Assembly (NCBI GenBank): GCA_010093605.1
Contig: MU004182.1
Span: 1,707,032-1,771,031, forward strand
Direction of reading: 5' to 3'
DNA from: Lophium mytilinum
Lineage: Eukaryota
DNA length: 64,000 nt
The notes beneath the pieces are model-generated. The model saw nothing but the letters and a program-made list of their open reading frames with translations. It was not told the DNA's origin and ran no database searches. Made by a program: the position numbers and the translations under genes. Shown here piece by piece: positions 49,628 to 61,756 of this stretch (the stretch's first letter is position 1; every line of letters begins with the position of its first letter).

Positions 49628-50803
49628 TCAAAATCTCTCTACCACCTCTACATCTAAGTCTCTCTTCGGCAAAAGTGAATTGATGTAACACTGCGCAATC
49701 GAATTGAAGTACCATGTATGTGCAAGGATGTCGGTGACAACCCATGCATTATTGCCGCCGAATATAGTGTTGGTTTTGTACTCCTTGATATCCGACACAG
49801 CAACCGCTTTGAAGTTCGGCTTGTTGATATAATACTCCGGAGTAATGTGGACATATCCCTGAACGAGAGTCGGGACCCGGGGGACGATGTCGTTGTAATG
49901 AGTGATACGGTAATTGCCGCCAGATTGACTTGAGACAAAGTCACTGAACGCGCCGTTTCCAACACGAGGTGATCCAAAGGTGTAAAGAGCGACATCACAT
50001 CCAGACTTCCTCAGCTCTGCTGCCGCCAGGGCTGAGATAGCACCACCCAGGCTGTGACCGACGACAACGATCTTGTAGGATGGATTCGAGGCGGCGGCAG
50101 ACTTGATTGCGTTCAAGACTCCGTCTCTCGCCTCGGTCCAAGAGTCCCAGAAGCCTTGGTGGACTTTGCAGCCCTTGCAGATGTCGGTCGTGATTTGCGT
50201 CATATCGAGATTGGCGATCCAATTCTTGATCGATGCGGAGCCTCGGAATGATACAACGGTGATACTGTTGGTATGGTCTACAGCTACGAAGCCGGTGACA
50301 TCGGTTTTGAGAGAGCTACGAGTTGCATATAAGCTCGGTCACATATATTCAAGATGCATAGACATATGGCAAGAAGCATTGAAACATTCTGATTAAAGTG
50401 CAGTTCTAAACGCGAGAATACGAATGTAACTTACTTCTCAAATTCTACTAAAGTATTCGTGGAAGCGGCCTGCACCAAAGGGCAATTGCCAGCTGGACAA
50501 GTGACCTCCGTGTTGGGTGTCTCATCGTAGTTTGGTGAACAGTATGAGGCGGCAGCATACCTTTGCTTCAGTCAATTCATGCCCGCGAGAAGAGGAATAC
50601 CAGGGATACGTACTGTTCCATCAACTGAAGGGTCGAAAACATATCAGTGCTGATGGCTGCAAGGAAAGAGAGGTCAGCGAAGCTAAGAGGAGGAAATTTG
50701 AACTGAACGTACACCTCCCCGTAAGTCCAGCAAGTGGAGCAGCATAGCTACCCTCCCCGGCCAGCAGAGCTATCAGAAAAGAAAGGGAAAGAAAAGAACG
50801 CAT
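49628..50803 (-). CDS. Secreted class 3 lipase (Lipase_3; mono/diacylglycerol lipase-like), multi-exon
   Basis: Signal peptide MRSFLSLSFLIALL, YAAASYC, VVSFRGS, VHQGF, GHSLGG, TFGSPRVGN, DIVPRVP, HTWYF. Confidence 0.92.
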
Positions 50804-52582
50804 GTTGTAAAGTGAACGACTGAAGTGGGAGATACTTGGAAAGCCATACTTGCAGAGGTATCAGCGCCTTTTATCACGCTGCCAATGCTGCATTGCATTC
50901 CGTTAGTGCACATTCACGGACTCGCAGAAGGCAGGACCTCGAATCGGAGGACAGTGCTTCAGACAAGCCATGACCGCTAGTCGCCGTGGGGTGAAGGGAT
51001 GAATTGATAGTCAGCTGGCAAATAGCCTGCAAAGGAAGCATGCCGTCGAGTTCACCTTATTTCCCCTGTGAAGAGACGCTATGCATCCCCGCAGCCCCAT
51101 TGGCCGCCAGGCATTCCGTGATTCGCGATGGCCCGGCGGCTCGTCGTCTCCCAGCCCCTGCACACGGGAACGTCTTCTCGACTGGGTCTACCTCGCGTGT
51201 TATCGTCCGACGGCCAGGAACAAGGCGTCAAAGGACGTCTCGACTTGCTTGTTCGCGGGAGGTGTTGAGGAGGTGGAATCGATCGTCGCCAGTTCTCATT
51301 TCAATACCGCCCCAGAGCTAACGCCTTCTAGCCTAGGTCGCCGAATCGTCGTGTCGGCCTTACGCCTCAATTCGGGCCTTGGACCTTCAACCTTTTCACC
51401 TCCGCGACGCCCACTTGCGGGGTTCTCCACGAGGCCTCGTATTCTCCGCGCTCCGAGAAGCATTGATCATTACCCCAGACTACTCGATATTAAGTGCATG
51501 AAGGCGTGACCTTTCTCTATTTAGGCACCCAATAGCAGTAAGGGATTGTTCCGACACCGAGGCTCATGCCCACTGTTGTATGTATATTTCAAATAGCTTT
51601 TCCCTCTAGAGTCGGGCAAAAAGTGGACTATACGACTCTCCGAGAGAGCTCAACCCTGCGATGGAGTGCGGAGGTACTTCTAGCAGGCATGATATGACTC
51701 CTGGCCCCTAACACCTTCCACATGTTGCTCCCAACGCGTCAATCATCTGACCGCAGCACTCGACATCATCCATCGTGACCTGAAGATGAGGATCCGTCGT
51801 TCGACCATCAGGGTTACATTAGCCTTTGGGCGCCAAATAAGTATGGCGCGGCATATTTTAGGGTCGAGATAGAGCTCTATCACATGAAAGAGATATGGAC
51901 CCCTGGAAATCTGATCCTCGGCCTCGAACCGCTGTCGACCTATGGCTGCCATCCTGCAGAACGCGATCATATTCTTTTAGCTTGCCGAATTTCTCTTCCA
52001 GATTATTAAAGGAGTACGTACACCAAGATTATGTAAGACCTTTTAGCGTCAAATTTCAACGTCTGCCGTAGCCCCCTGCGGATCTGAAGGCTACCACTGC
52101 ATTCATGTTCTCTGTAATGATCCTTATTGGTGAGAAAGTGAGGCAGATAGGCTTTTGGTAATCTCGTTAAGTTCTTCAATGGCTTACTATTGGATTCTTC
52201 GTCGTCTTGCGACAAGGGCGCGTTGTTTCACTCGTGTTCTCCTTTTCAATCATCCAAGTCAATGTATGCAGTGATCAACCTCCACACAAACATCACAGAG
52301 TGCATTCCTCATAAGCCTTTAGAACCGTTAAGTAAGATTCTCTAGCCAGTATAGAATCCCATAGAGCATTGACTCCGTTCCCAGTCTAATCAGATTCTTA
52401 CCCCGTGACGCCCCGCTATGCACAGGAGAAAGACCCCGAGAAAAGGAAATGTATAAGCCCGGAGCTATCGCCGCTCCGCCAGGTCACCTGTAATCACCAC
52501 CCATATCTATCGCCGTCTCTACCAGAGCACTCCCATCGAACCCCCAGAGTGCCGATGTCGAGGTCGAGATCGAGCTCGCAAT

Positions 52583-53065
52583 CTACGAGTCGAAGCACTT
52601 GTAGGATGAGATCTTGTCCTGGAAGCTCGGGGCCAGAGCCGACTGATCAGTGGGGCCCCTGAAGACGACCCAGCCCTCTCCTTCACCGCAACCGTAGGCG
52701 CTGTACACATATCCATTAGCATTCCCCTCAACTTCATCTCACCGCATAGCAAAAACTTACTTGTAGAGATTGCAAGTGGATCCGTCGTAGACCTTGAGCG
52801 AGGACGCGGCGTCCTGCAAGGCGGAGCCCAACGCATGGCAAGTGTCATCGTCGACGTACATGTCTTCGCGTAGGCCACCGAAGTTCAGGTCCTGATAGAC
52901 CGAGCCCTTCCTCGAGCGTCAGTATGGGTTGAGTAGAGGAGGTGAGGAGGCACTTACGCCATAGTAGTTGCCGCGCTTCTTGGCCTCGGGGGCCTCGGTT
53001 ACGGGTGCGGCGTACACACCAGCGATGAAGGCACCGGCCAGAGCGAGCATGGTGGAGACACGCAT
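52583..53065 (-). CDS. Small secreted beta/gamma-crystallin-like protein, 123 aa, 3 exons (absent from the ORF track)
   Basis: Exons 53065-52958, 52906-52761, 52700-52583. Signal peptide, KKR site, VYQDLNFGG..DAASSLKV..CNLY..C..FQDKISSYKC, 4 Cys. TATATAA upstream near 53207-53213. Confidence 0.8.
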
Positions 53066-53625
53066 CTTGGAGTGGATAGAAGTAGTGTTGAGGGTTTGAG
53101 TAAAAGAGTTGTTGTTATTGAAGAGTTGAAGTGATAGAGTGGTGGTTGTGTTGGGTGTAATTGATGTGAGGTTGATGAGAAAGGGAGAGGCGTGGATGAG
53201 GCCTCTTATATAGATAGACTTACGGAAACTCCTCCGGCAGTGAACGGAGATATATCATCACGGGGGGCGTCTTGAGCAGCGGCACAGCGGCACAACAGCA
53301 GCGGCGCAGTGGGTCACAGGCAAGCAGCGGCAACAGGCGGGCGACAGGCTGAGGAAGGAACGGAGTGAGTGAATCGAGAGCTCCCTTTGAGAAGGACGGT
53401 CAAGGAGGTTACTGGCGAGGCGGGTAGCAGGGGGTATTGCTTATTTGGACATAGCTCTTGAAAGGTATCTACATTCATCTACCGCTGCTAAGGGGCGTTC
53501 TACTGTATTTTAGAGCATGATGCCTACATGGCGCTGCCCCCTGAGTATCAAATGATCTATAGCGAGGCCAATATCAGAACACACGTCGCTTTCCGGACAA
53601 ACCCGTCACTTTTGATATGCCGAGC

Positions 53626-56600
53626 TCACTGGAAAACACTGACGCTTCCGCTGTGAACAATGGCTTTCAATCTCCCGTCAATAGCCAACGGGCTCCCTTC
53701 CCAAATCAGCCAATCCTCCTGCGCCGGCCCATCTACTCCTCGATCACCTAAGCCCAACATCTCAACAAGATTGTCTCCTACAAGCGCCAGAGCCTCCTTC
53801 TCCGTCAATCTTCCTTCGCTATTAGTGTAAGCCCAGCTCGCCAATAGCCCCATTTCCCTACTCTGCCACGTCTCCTCGGCACCAATTGCAAGTTTCCCCT
53901 TAGGGAATCCGGCATCGATGAGGTGTTCGAGATTCGTCAGGTTGGTCAAAGGCGCCCCGGTCAAGCTTCGCCGCTGGTCCCAGGACTGAGAGTATGGGAG
54001 AAGTGGAGCGAGGACAATACCAGCAAGAGAAGAATCGGCGAGAGAAGAGGCTACAAGGTGGCATTCGGCACAACCGTGAATAACCAAACGGATCTTGGGG
54101 GCGGTTCCGGAGAGGGGGTATGATTCAGACATTGCGGATTCTACATCAGCTTTCAGTCGAAGAATTGATGCGACTGTGTCCGCGCTATGGACAGTGATAA
54201 CAAGGGGTAGTGACCCGGCTACTACTTTCTTGAGGGAGGCTTCTTCCGTGAACTCATAGTTGGCATCTTTGGCTGTGGAATGCTCGGCGGTGATACTCGA
54301 GTTCTCTTTGGTCGATGTAGCATCAAGGAGCTTCTTCCGTAGCTCTGCTAAAACTGCTGAGATAGACGGCGTTTTGTCGGTCTTCGAATTGAGCGTAAGG
54401 GAGTAGTGGACTGCTATCTCATCCGCCCATATCGCGCCCTTTGCCAATGCATGCTCAGCGGATGTAGAGAATCCGACGCTGACGCCCCTTGCATCAATGC
54501 CGCCTGTGCTGGGAGCGGTGATGGCTCGTGTGACTCCATGCTCGAAGGCTGCAGCTAGTTGCTTTCCGCCAAAAAGTAACCCGTCAAGAGCTCGAGTCCA
54601 ACTATTCCAGGGTTTGCCATCGTGTGTATCGCCCTCAGCATCAATTTCAGACAAGCCAAGGCCGGAGCCAAAAGCTATGAATGCCGGAGAAATAGATCCA
54701 TTTTGAAGAGCAATGACTTGATACTTCTGGCTGGTTTTTGCGATTTCCAGCTCAGCTATACAGCTTCCAGCGCATTCTACTGCGCCTTTTGTGATGATGA
54801 CTGTCCCGGGAGTACTGTGTTCTCCCTGCAGAGATGCAGCTTGGCGTTCCGTGAAGATACGATCTGTATCGACGCCTGTGAAGATGACATTTCCATTTGC
54901 GGCATGGCCCAGTTTGCGATCAACAGAGAGTGTAGCCTCTGGCTCAATGGGTAATGACGATGGTTTTTCAAGTAGCACAGGATCCGAGAATTGAGGAGCA
55001 CCATCAATCCAGACCTGAATCGGCGCTGCTCCAACTGACAGTGGGTCAGAGTCCCATACTACGATGTCGGCATCGAACCCTGCTTTGACTTTTCCGACTC
55101 TTTCTCCAAGACCAAGAAGTTCGGCTGGCGCGCTCGTTACCCCTGATAGAGCAGCATGATAAGGCAGTCCAAACCTATACGCCTTGGCTGCTTCAAAAAG
55201 GACATGCTGTGCGTTCAATACAGGGTTATCGCTGACATATGTAGGAGTAATCCCATTGGCGTATAGGATCTTCCCTGCCTGTTCAGACGCCGTGTAGGCT
55301 TCTACTTTGTAGTACATATTGTCCGCGAACAACGCAGCCGCAGGTGTGCCGCCATAAGTTCGCTTGAGGACTTCGGGGACGAGGAACGTTTGGTGTGCGT
55401 GATGAAAGGCGTAAAGGCGAAATTTGAACTCATTGGTATCTAAGGGGGGCAATAGAGTTAGCAAATCTTTCAGAGCTAGAGTAGGAAAGCCGATATTAAT
55501 GACAGGTTATGCTGCGTAAGACACTCCTTTAAGGCATTCCAAGACACCACTGTCCAATTGGCCCACACAATAGCACTGTTAGGGGCAGCCTGACTGCTGA
55601 GCAGGCAATCAGTCAAGAGGTAGTCTAACCTGCACTGCTTGAACATTGACATCGCCCTTAAGTCTTCAAAACCCTGTGGGTGTACCCCAAGCAGTGGCGT
55701 ATAGTTACAAGCCACAAATTTAGGCACACTGCTTTGCTACTGCTTGGGGTACCCCATAAGGTTATAAACCTCTAACCGCGATGTCAAAATTAGACTGCCG
55801 TTTGATTGATTGCCTGCTCAGTAGCCAGGTTACCCCCAGCGGTGGTGTTAAGTGAGCAAATCGGAGCTGAACGGGATTCAGTCCGTGTGCCTAGACTTAT
55901 GGCCTAGTACTGTACCAGTGGTTGTCTTGGAATACTCCCTGAGCGGTTTTTCCAACAGACTTGGAAACTTTTTATCTGTGTTGGGGGCTTACGTACACCG
56001 AACGAAGTCTTCCAGGTCGGGCACTGTGTAGCAATGCGTATTCACACGAACTTGGCCTCGGAGAACGGCACCAAGTGCTTCCCACTTAAGATCTTGAGAG
56101 AGATAGTGGTCCATGTTTTCTGCTCCAATGGTATCGGCAGCTTTACACCAGTCATTCTGAGATTCGACATACGCCTTTGCCTGTTCGAACGCGTGACGAA
56201 ACTCCCATGCTTCTCCGAGGCGACTTGTAGGCCCCTGCTTTCCAAACCTACCGTATACTCTCTTAGCATTCTCGCCGCAAGCCATCTTCATATATCGCCA
56301 GTTGCTGTCGGGATCTGCTAGCATATCGGCTTGACTAATCTCGGTACGTCCGTTCGATTTCCCCGTGGCAAGCTTCACAACGTAGGCTTGGCCTCCTATG
56401 TTGTTCCCGCTTCCAGGCAGAAGCAAAGAAGTAGTAACGCCGCCAGATTTGATCCATTGAACTTCCGGAGCCAGAGGGTTGAAGCCATCAATCGATCGAA
56501 CATACGGTGTAATGTCTGCGGAAAGCTCGTTGGTGTCGTCGTCCAGGTTTGCGAAACTCCCTAGACCGGCATGACTATGCATATCGACAATGCCAGATGT

Positions 56601-57110
56601 AAGCTGCCTTCCTTCCGCTTCGAAGATCTCAGTATCGTGAGGAAGGTCTTTGACGTAAATTCCAGAAGATGCTTGTTTGATCAACCCGTGATCCAGAAAT
56701 ACGTCAGCCGAGATCCAGGACCATCCTTTTCCAGCTCTTGCATCGTCTTGGCTAGTCCCATCTTCCGGGTCTCCGACCCATACAGTAGCATTGCGGATCA
56801 AAATGGGCTTCGTTCCATTGACCCATCTCTTGTTGTAATCTCGAGGACCGCTTGGGTCGCTCGGTATGCGTCTCAAAGCGCTACATTGGGTATAATCTTG
56901 CTGGAGACGGTCTAATGAAAGAAGTTGGGGTTTCTTGGCGGTATTGGAGGCAATTTTGAACACGCTGTAAACAAAGTAGAGTAAGATCGCTCCAGATAGC
57001 AGGCGAATAGCGCGGCGGTGACGACGCCGATGGGTCCATGGCCGGACAGCGTCAGAATATGTGGGTAGGTGATCCCCTGGGAGAAATTGGGCCTTTTCCA
57101 TCTCAGCCAT
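53626..57110 (-). CDS. Metal-dependent amidohydrolase (two-repeat fungal type) with N-terminal membrane anchor, 2 exons
   Basis: GIVDMHSHAG, KSGGVTTSLLLPGS, KMACGEN, VNTHCY, AFHHA, SDNPV, GKVKAGFDADIVVWD. Intron 55440-55996 joins FVR-Y-TNEF. Confidence 0.9.
55530..55935. mobile_element. Fold-back / MITE-like element inside the amidohydrolase intron
   Basis: Nested imperfect inverted repeats, e.g. 55588-55628 vs 55790-55830 and 55668-55698 vs 55736-55766. A related 25-mer lies at 9322-9346. Confidence 0.7.
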
Positions 57111-58330
57111 AGCCTTAATGATTGATGTTTGATGGATGGTGGTTGAAAGAAGGGCAAATGCAGGTACAATCGCCCGGGCGTCATGACTCGCGCAGATTGC
57201 ACCAATCGTCCTCGGTCGCACGTCTTCCACGAATCTCCGTGTCCCCCCTGCTGAACTTCCACAATACACAGCAGTACCAAGAAACAGCTGAATGTCCGCC
57301 CTGAACATCACCATCGTCGTCCCGGTCGAAACATTCGAAACATGGACCGATACGGCTTCACAGGCACGCTGGGCATGAAAAAAATGGCACACTCATCAAG
57401 ATCTGTCCTTTGCAGTCATGTGTACACCTATCTGCCACTGCTTGGAGTGCTTCAACCAGTTTCCAGATAACCCAAAGCCAAGAGTAAGGATCACATTCGT
57501 ATGTTTAGAGAATGCGTTGAAGCACCACAAACAGCGGCAAACAGGTGTCGAGAAGACGGCATGCCTGCCAAGTGTGCCACCATTTTCATGCTCCGCGTGA
57601 AAGGCTATATCACAGGCTATGTGTACGACATGTTCAGTGATTAGAACAGTCCTCCAGTCATCTTTTGACCTGTTCGTATCTACTTACTTTCACGCGGGAC
57701 ATCTTCAGGCATGTTCATCTCCACCACTATTCTTTCATTATGGCTCGATTACCATCCTAGTTCAGCGCGTCGAAGTAATACAGCTATGTCCTTGAGACTA
57801 TGTACTCGCATATAACACTTCAAAACTCTGTCCGCCTCTTAGCACTGCATTGATGAAAGAAGCAGTATCTCCGTTATGCCGGCTTGTAAACAATCGTAGC
57901 TTTGTCTAACCAATTAGGATCAAAGGCAGAGTAGAAATTGTAGCATATCGCTCGACCATTCGTCGTTTCAAAAGCAAGATGGTTATCTGATAGCTTAGTC
58001 AATCGTGGCTTTAGAAGCATTTGATTGAGAACATGAACCTGCCATTCATAACTTTAAAAGCAACTGATGTAATTAGCTCATAACTCAGACATTCGTCACT
58101 TCGAAACTACAAACGTCAGCACATAACTTGACTATTCGCGACTTTGGAAGCAATCAACATGGTACATAACTTTGGCGATTCGTCACTTTGAAAGCACCAT
58201 TTTGACGAGAGTGGCAAAGTCACGTGCTACTTACTAATTGCCTTCACCTTTACATATACATATAAACGGATAGCATCCACCCTATCCCAACCATCCAACA
58301 ACCCATCAGTCAACTCCAAGACTCTCCACC

Positions 58331-59221
58331 ATGACGACCGCAACATTCAAACACATCGACCTGGCCTCCTACACCGGCACACCCTGGAACAAAGTCGACG
58401 GCCCCGGCACCTCCTACACCCTCGCCAACCACACCCGCCCCGTAACCAACATCCGCGCCCAACAAAATGCCTTCACAACCGACAACTCCGGCTTCCAAGT
58501 CCTGCACTCCCCCGCCAACGAGCGCCTCTTCACCGACGACGCCGCCGTCCGAAGCAGCTACTACGCCGAAGTCGAGTCCCTCCTCCGCAAGGCCCTCCCC
58601 GGCGTCAAGAAAGTCGTCATCTTTGACCACACCATCCGCCGCCGCCAGAAAGACTCCCCGCGCCAGCCCGTCCAGCAAGTCCACGTCGACCAGACCCCCG
58701 CGGCCGCCGAAGTGCGCGTGCGGCGCCACGCGCCTAAAGACGAGGTCGAGGCGCTGCTGAAGGGGCGGTATCAGATTATCAATGTGTGGCGGCCGATCGA
58801 GAACCCGGCGTCGGATTTCCCGCTCGCGGTGGTCGATTGGCGGAGCACGAAGCCGGAAGACTTCGTGGGTGTGAATCTGCTGTATCCGAAGCGCGATAGC
58901 TTTGATGGCGATGATGATGCCAGGGGGAAGGAGGTGCTGCCGGATGCGGCGTCGCATGATTCGACGGTCGGGTATGAGGTGAAGGGGGAGACGATGGCTG
59001 TGGCGCCGAGTGAGGGGCATCGGTTTTATTATGTGAAGGATATGACGCCCGAGGAGGTTATGCTGCTGAAGTGCTTTGATTCGAGGGGGGAGGGGATGGA
59101 GAAGGGAGTGGAGGGCATTGCGGTTAGGACGCCGCATACGGCTTTTGTGGATCCCGAGACGCCGCAGGATGCCCCTGGGAGGCAGAGTATTGAGGTCAGG
59201 TGTTTGGTATTTTATGATTGA
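58331..59221 (+). CDS. AsaB/CmcJ/GA4-desaturase-like putative non-heme iron oxygenase, intronless
   Basis: YYAEVE.LL, VVIFDHTIR, VHVDQT, RYQIINVWRPI, PLAV.D, LLKCFDS, TPHTAF, RQSIEVRCLV. TATAAA near 58261. Confidence 0.88.
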   Translation: MTTATFKHIDLASYTGTPWNKVDGPGTSYTLANHTRPVTNIRAQQNAFTTDNSGFQVLHSPANERLFTDDAAVRSSYYAEVESLLRKALPGVKKVVIFDHTIRRRQKDSPRQPVQQVHVDQTPAAAEVRVRRHAPKDEVEALLKGRYQIINVWRPIENPASDFPLAVVDWRSTKPEDFVGVNLLYPKRDSFDGDDDARGKEVLPDAASHDSTVGYEVKGETMAVAPSEGHRFYYVKDMTPEEVMLLKCFDSRGEGMEKGVEGIAVRTPHTAFVDPETPQDAPGRQSIEVRCLVFYD

Positions 59222-59497
59222 GTTTAGCGAATGTAGAGACATTGCGTTTGGGAACTCTGTGGATTATGCGGCATTCTATGTCCTTGGTTACTAGTAGATA
59301 CGTTTATGAAGATTATGTTACATGTGTTTGCACATATGTGGTTATAGAGCGTGCTTGTGTTTAGGTGTTGTCAATATCAAGACATGGCATCCATCAATTT
59401 CGAGTAACGAAAGACTTCATTATTACGTTTAACTACACGTAGTCAACGCATTGGAGATCCGTGATCTTGTACAACTTGGAGAACAAACAAAGGGAAA

Positions 59498-59650
59498 GCA
59501 ACCGAGAACAGCAACCGAGAACAGCAACCGAGAACAGCAACCGAGAACAGCAACCGAGAGAATAGCAACCGTGAGAAAAGAAGCCGAGTAGAAAGAAGCC
59601 GAGTGGAAAGAAGCCGAGTGGAAAGAAGCCGAGTGGAAAGAAGCCGAAAG
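59498..59650. repeat. Two adjacent minisatellites: 13-mer GCAACCGAGAACA (4 perfect copies plus degenerate ones) and 15-mer AAGAAGCCGAGTGGA (about 4 copies)
   Basis: Directly visible tandem repeats downstream of the F-box gene stop codon. Confidence 0.92.
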
Positions 59651-59728
59651 AAAAGAAACCAAGTGGAGAGAAACCAGAAGGAGAAAGGCCCGAGCATGCT
59701 GAACGCGGTTCTTGGATCTGGTCGAATT

Positions 59729-61756
59729 TCAAACGTTGGGAAACGAAGGGTAAGTGTCCATGTCCGGATCAGGCCTGGACGTAGGAAGTGGCCACCACCA
59801 ATCATCAACGCGATCGTTGTCCGGATCCTGAGGAGAGTGCTTCGTGGTGTGCGGCCCAGCGAGCGGTCGGCCGAAGTGGTCGAAAATCCCGAAGTCCACG
59901 TTGCACCCAGCCAAGTCGGTCTTCAGTGGGGTATACGCAGGAAGAATTGCAACTAGCTCAACATCTTCAAAATCCTCAGACCAATTACCCGAATACTCGA
60001 AATCCACGTGGACGGTTTTGAGATTTGGGAAGCTGCCTGCTTGAACGCGCTCGCATAAAGCGCGCAGGTGGAGAAGCAGGTTTGCGTGCGCGCGACAGTA
60101 GGTAATCTTGAGAGCTTTCAAGCCTTGAGGTAAGAGCGTTGGCAGTGGAGGACCGGCCGTGAAATTGATATCAAGCAGAGCGCCCATGTCGATGGAAAGC
60201 TCTTCCACTTGAGGAAAGTTGGCGAATGACATAGCTATAAGCCGGTGTTGAGAAGGCATAGTGGGGAAGGGCCCTGCTATCCCGCAGAGTTTTACAGCGG
60301 TCAGCGTATCTTTTGCTTGAGTCACGGCTGACCTGACGATGCTGAGATTTCTTGGGAGGTATCCATCAAACAAAGTAATGCGTTGAAGGGCAGGAAATTG
60401 GCTGATGAAATTGTGAAGCGCGTTGCCTCGAAAGACCGACTCTCGCACTTTCAAATCGATGACGGATGATTTGTACCATCGAGGGGTCAACTTTACGGGG
60501 GCGGTCTCCGAGCGCTTTGGATACTGCTGGAATGCCAAGTTGGGGTAAAATGGCATTCGATAGTGTCGAGAAAGGTACGAGTCCGGATGGTCTGAAGATA
60601 GATGCATGTTGTGAATTCCGTAGGCTGAAGGGTGTATGCCGCCGGATGGTCGTGGCATATATACTTGAGTCTGGTCCAGTTTGATTGTGCCCAAGACGAT
60701 ATTCGCATGTTCGATCTGAAACTGGCGAACGCTCGGTAGGAAGAGCCATGGTGTGTCCAACAAAACGTCACCGGTGTATGATTGACCATAGAAAAGGAAT
60801 GGATGCATCATATCCACACTACCAGGGTCTGCAGCGCCATGTATTTGTCCAGAGAGCGTCAGGCGCTGGAGATGGCGAAACAGCTGCCGAGGTGCTGGCC
60901 CATTCTCAAACAGTGACTTCAACGCTGCTTCAGCGGTTGCTGAGGTTGCTGTGCTCTCACGCCCAGTGTGCAAATATAGTTCTCTAAGGTTCGGCACCAG
61001 AGTGAGGAACATGGCAATTAGCGCGTCAATCTTCGCAGCTGCTGAGTCGTACGGGGACCAGGTTTCCAGGGGGCGTAGGAAATGACGGGGCGTAGTCGCG
61101 CTGTTCTGACTGGTCATGGGAGCTAGCGGTAGACGCGCATCACGGATGACGTTTGCCAAAGTCGCTATCTCTTCCTTGGAAATGTGGTGGTATACAGGTA
61201 GTGGGGGGCCGTCATTGTCCTTATCGTCGAGCGCTGGATTTGGATGTTTCGAACTCCAGAATACTGCACTCTCCACGGTCGCAGCTAGATCTGGATAGTT
61301 CGCTAGTGTGCAAACCAATTGACGTAAGTGTGCTAGGTTGCACTTGCGGCCAACCCGCACCACCACCTTCTTATACAGCAACGCGTCAGTCCGCTCATGG
61401 AGCCTACGCGATGTCAGAGTAAGAGAATGTACGTTCTGTACGTGCACGAGAATCTGATACAATAGCTCGTTTGGGAGGCCTTCGAGAGAGGCGGGAGCCG
61501 GTTCGGATGCAGACTTGACGGGGAGGTCCCAAGGAATCAGCTTCCAAGGACTCGAGGTGGCGGGCGGACGATTGAAAGTGGGGTGCGGTGGATGGTTCCA
61601 GGGAGACGGGGCCCACGGCAGAGAATCGGCGGAAACTTGGGCGGATGCTGGTGCGGCATTCTCTCGCTCGGCCAGGAGCGTAGTTAAGATGTCGCGCAGA
61701 TGGCCGGAAGGAGGCTGGTGCCCCATGTCTTGTCTAGCCCCTGTCTGGCGAGGCAT
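59729..61756 (-). CDS. F-box protein with degenerate LRR-like C-terminus, intronless
   Basis: F-box LEGLPNELLYQILVHV..LTLTSRRLH. LRR-like VPNLRELYL, FRHLQRLTL, FPALQRITL, LPQGLKALKI, FPNLKTVHV. Confidence 0.82.
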   Translation of the reverse strand: MPRQTGARQDMGHQPPSGHLRDILTTLLAERENAAPASAQVSADSLPWAPSPWNHPPHPTFNRPPATSSPWKLIPWDLPVKSASEPAPASLEGLPNELLYQILVHVQNVHSLTLTSRRLHERTDALLYKKVVVRVGRKCNLAHLRQLVCTLANYPDLAATVESAVFWSSKHPNPALDDKDNDGPPLPVYHHISKEEIATLANVIRDARLPLAPMTSQNSATTPRHFLRPLETWSPYDSAAAKIDALIAMFLTLVPNLRELYLHTGRESTATSATAEAALKSLFENGPAPRQLFRHLQRLTLSGQIHGAADPGSVDMMHPFLFYGQSYTGDVLLDTPWLFLPSVRQFQIEHANIVLGTIKLDQTQVYMPRPSGGIHPSAYGIHNMHLSSDHPDSYLSRHYRMPFYPNLAFQQYPKRSETAPVKLTPRWYKSSVIDLKVRESVFRGNALHNFISQFPALQRITLFDGYLPRNLSIVRSAVTQAKDTLTAVKLCGIAGPFPTMPSQHRLIAMSFANFPQVEELSIDMGALLDINFTAGPPLPTLLPQGLKALKITYCRAHANLLLHLRALCERVQAGSFPNLKTVHVDFEYSGNWSEDFEDVELVAILPAYTPLKTDLAGCNVDFGIFDHFGRPLAGPHTTKHSPQDPDNDRVDDWWWPLPTSRPDPDMDTYPSFPNV

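Noticed and set aside
51743..52215. Possible decayed gene upstream of the lipase
   Set aside because: Short ORF fragments without a recognisable domain or splice structure.
58310..59242. Long antisense ORFs (also 31355-32533, 43914-44804, 44808-45758)
   Set aside because: They are shadows of GC-rich, codon-biased or repetitive sense genes, with no domain signal.
59498..59650. CRISPR array
   Set aside because: The repeats are contiguous with no unique spacers, there are no cas genes, and the DNA is eukaryotic.
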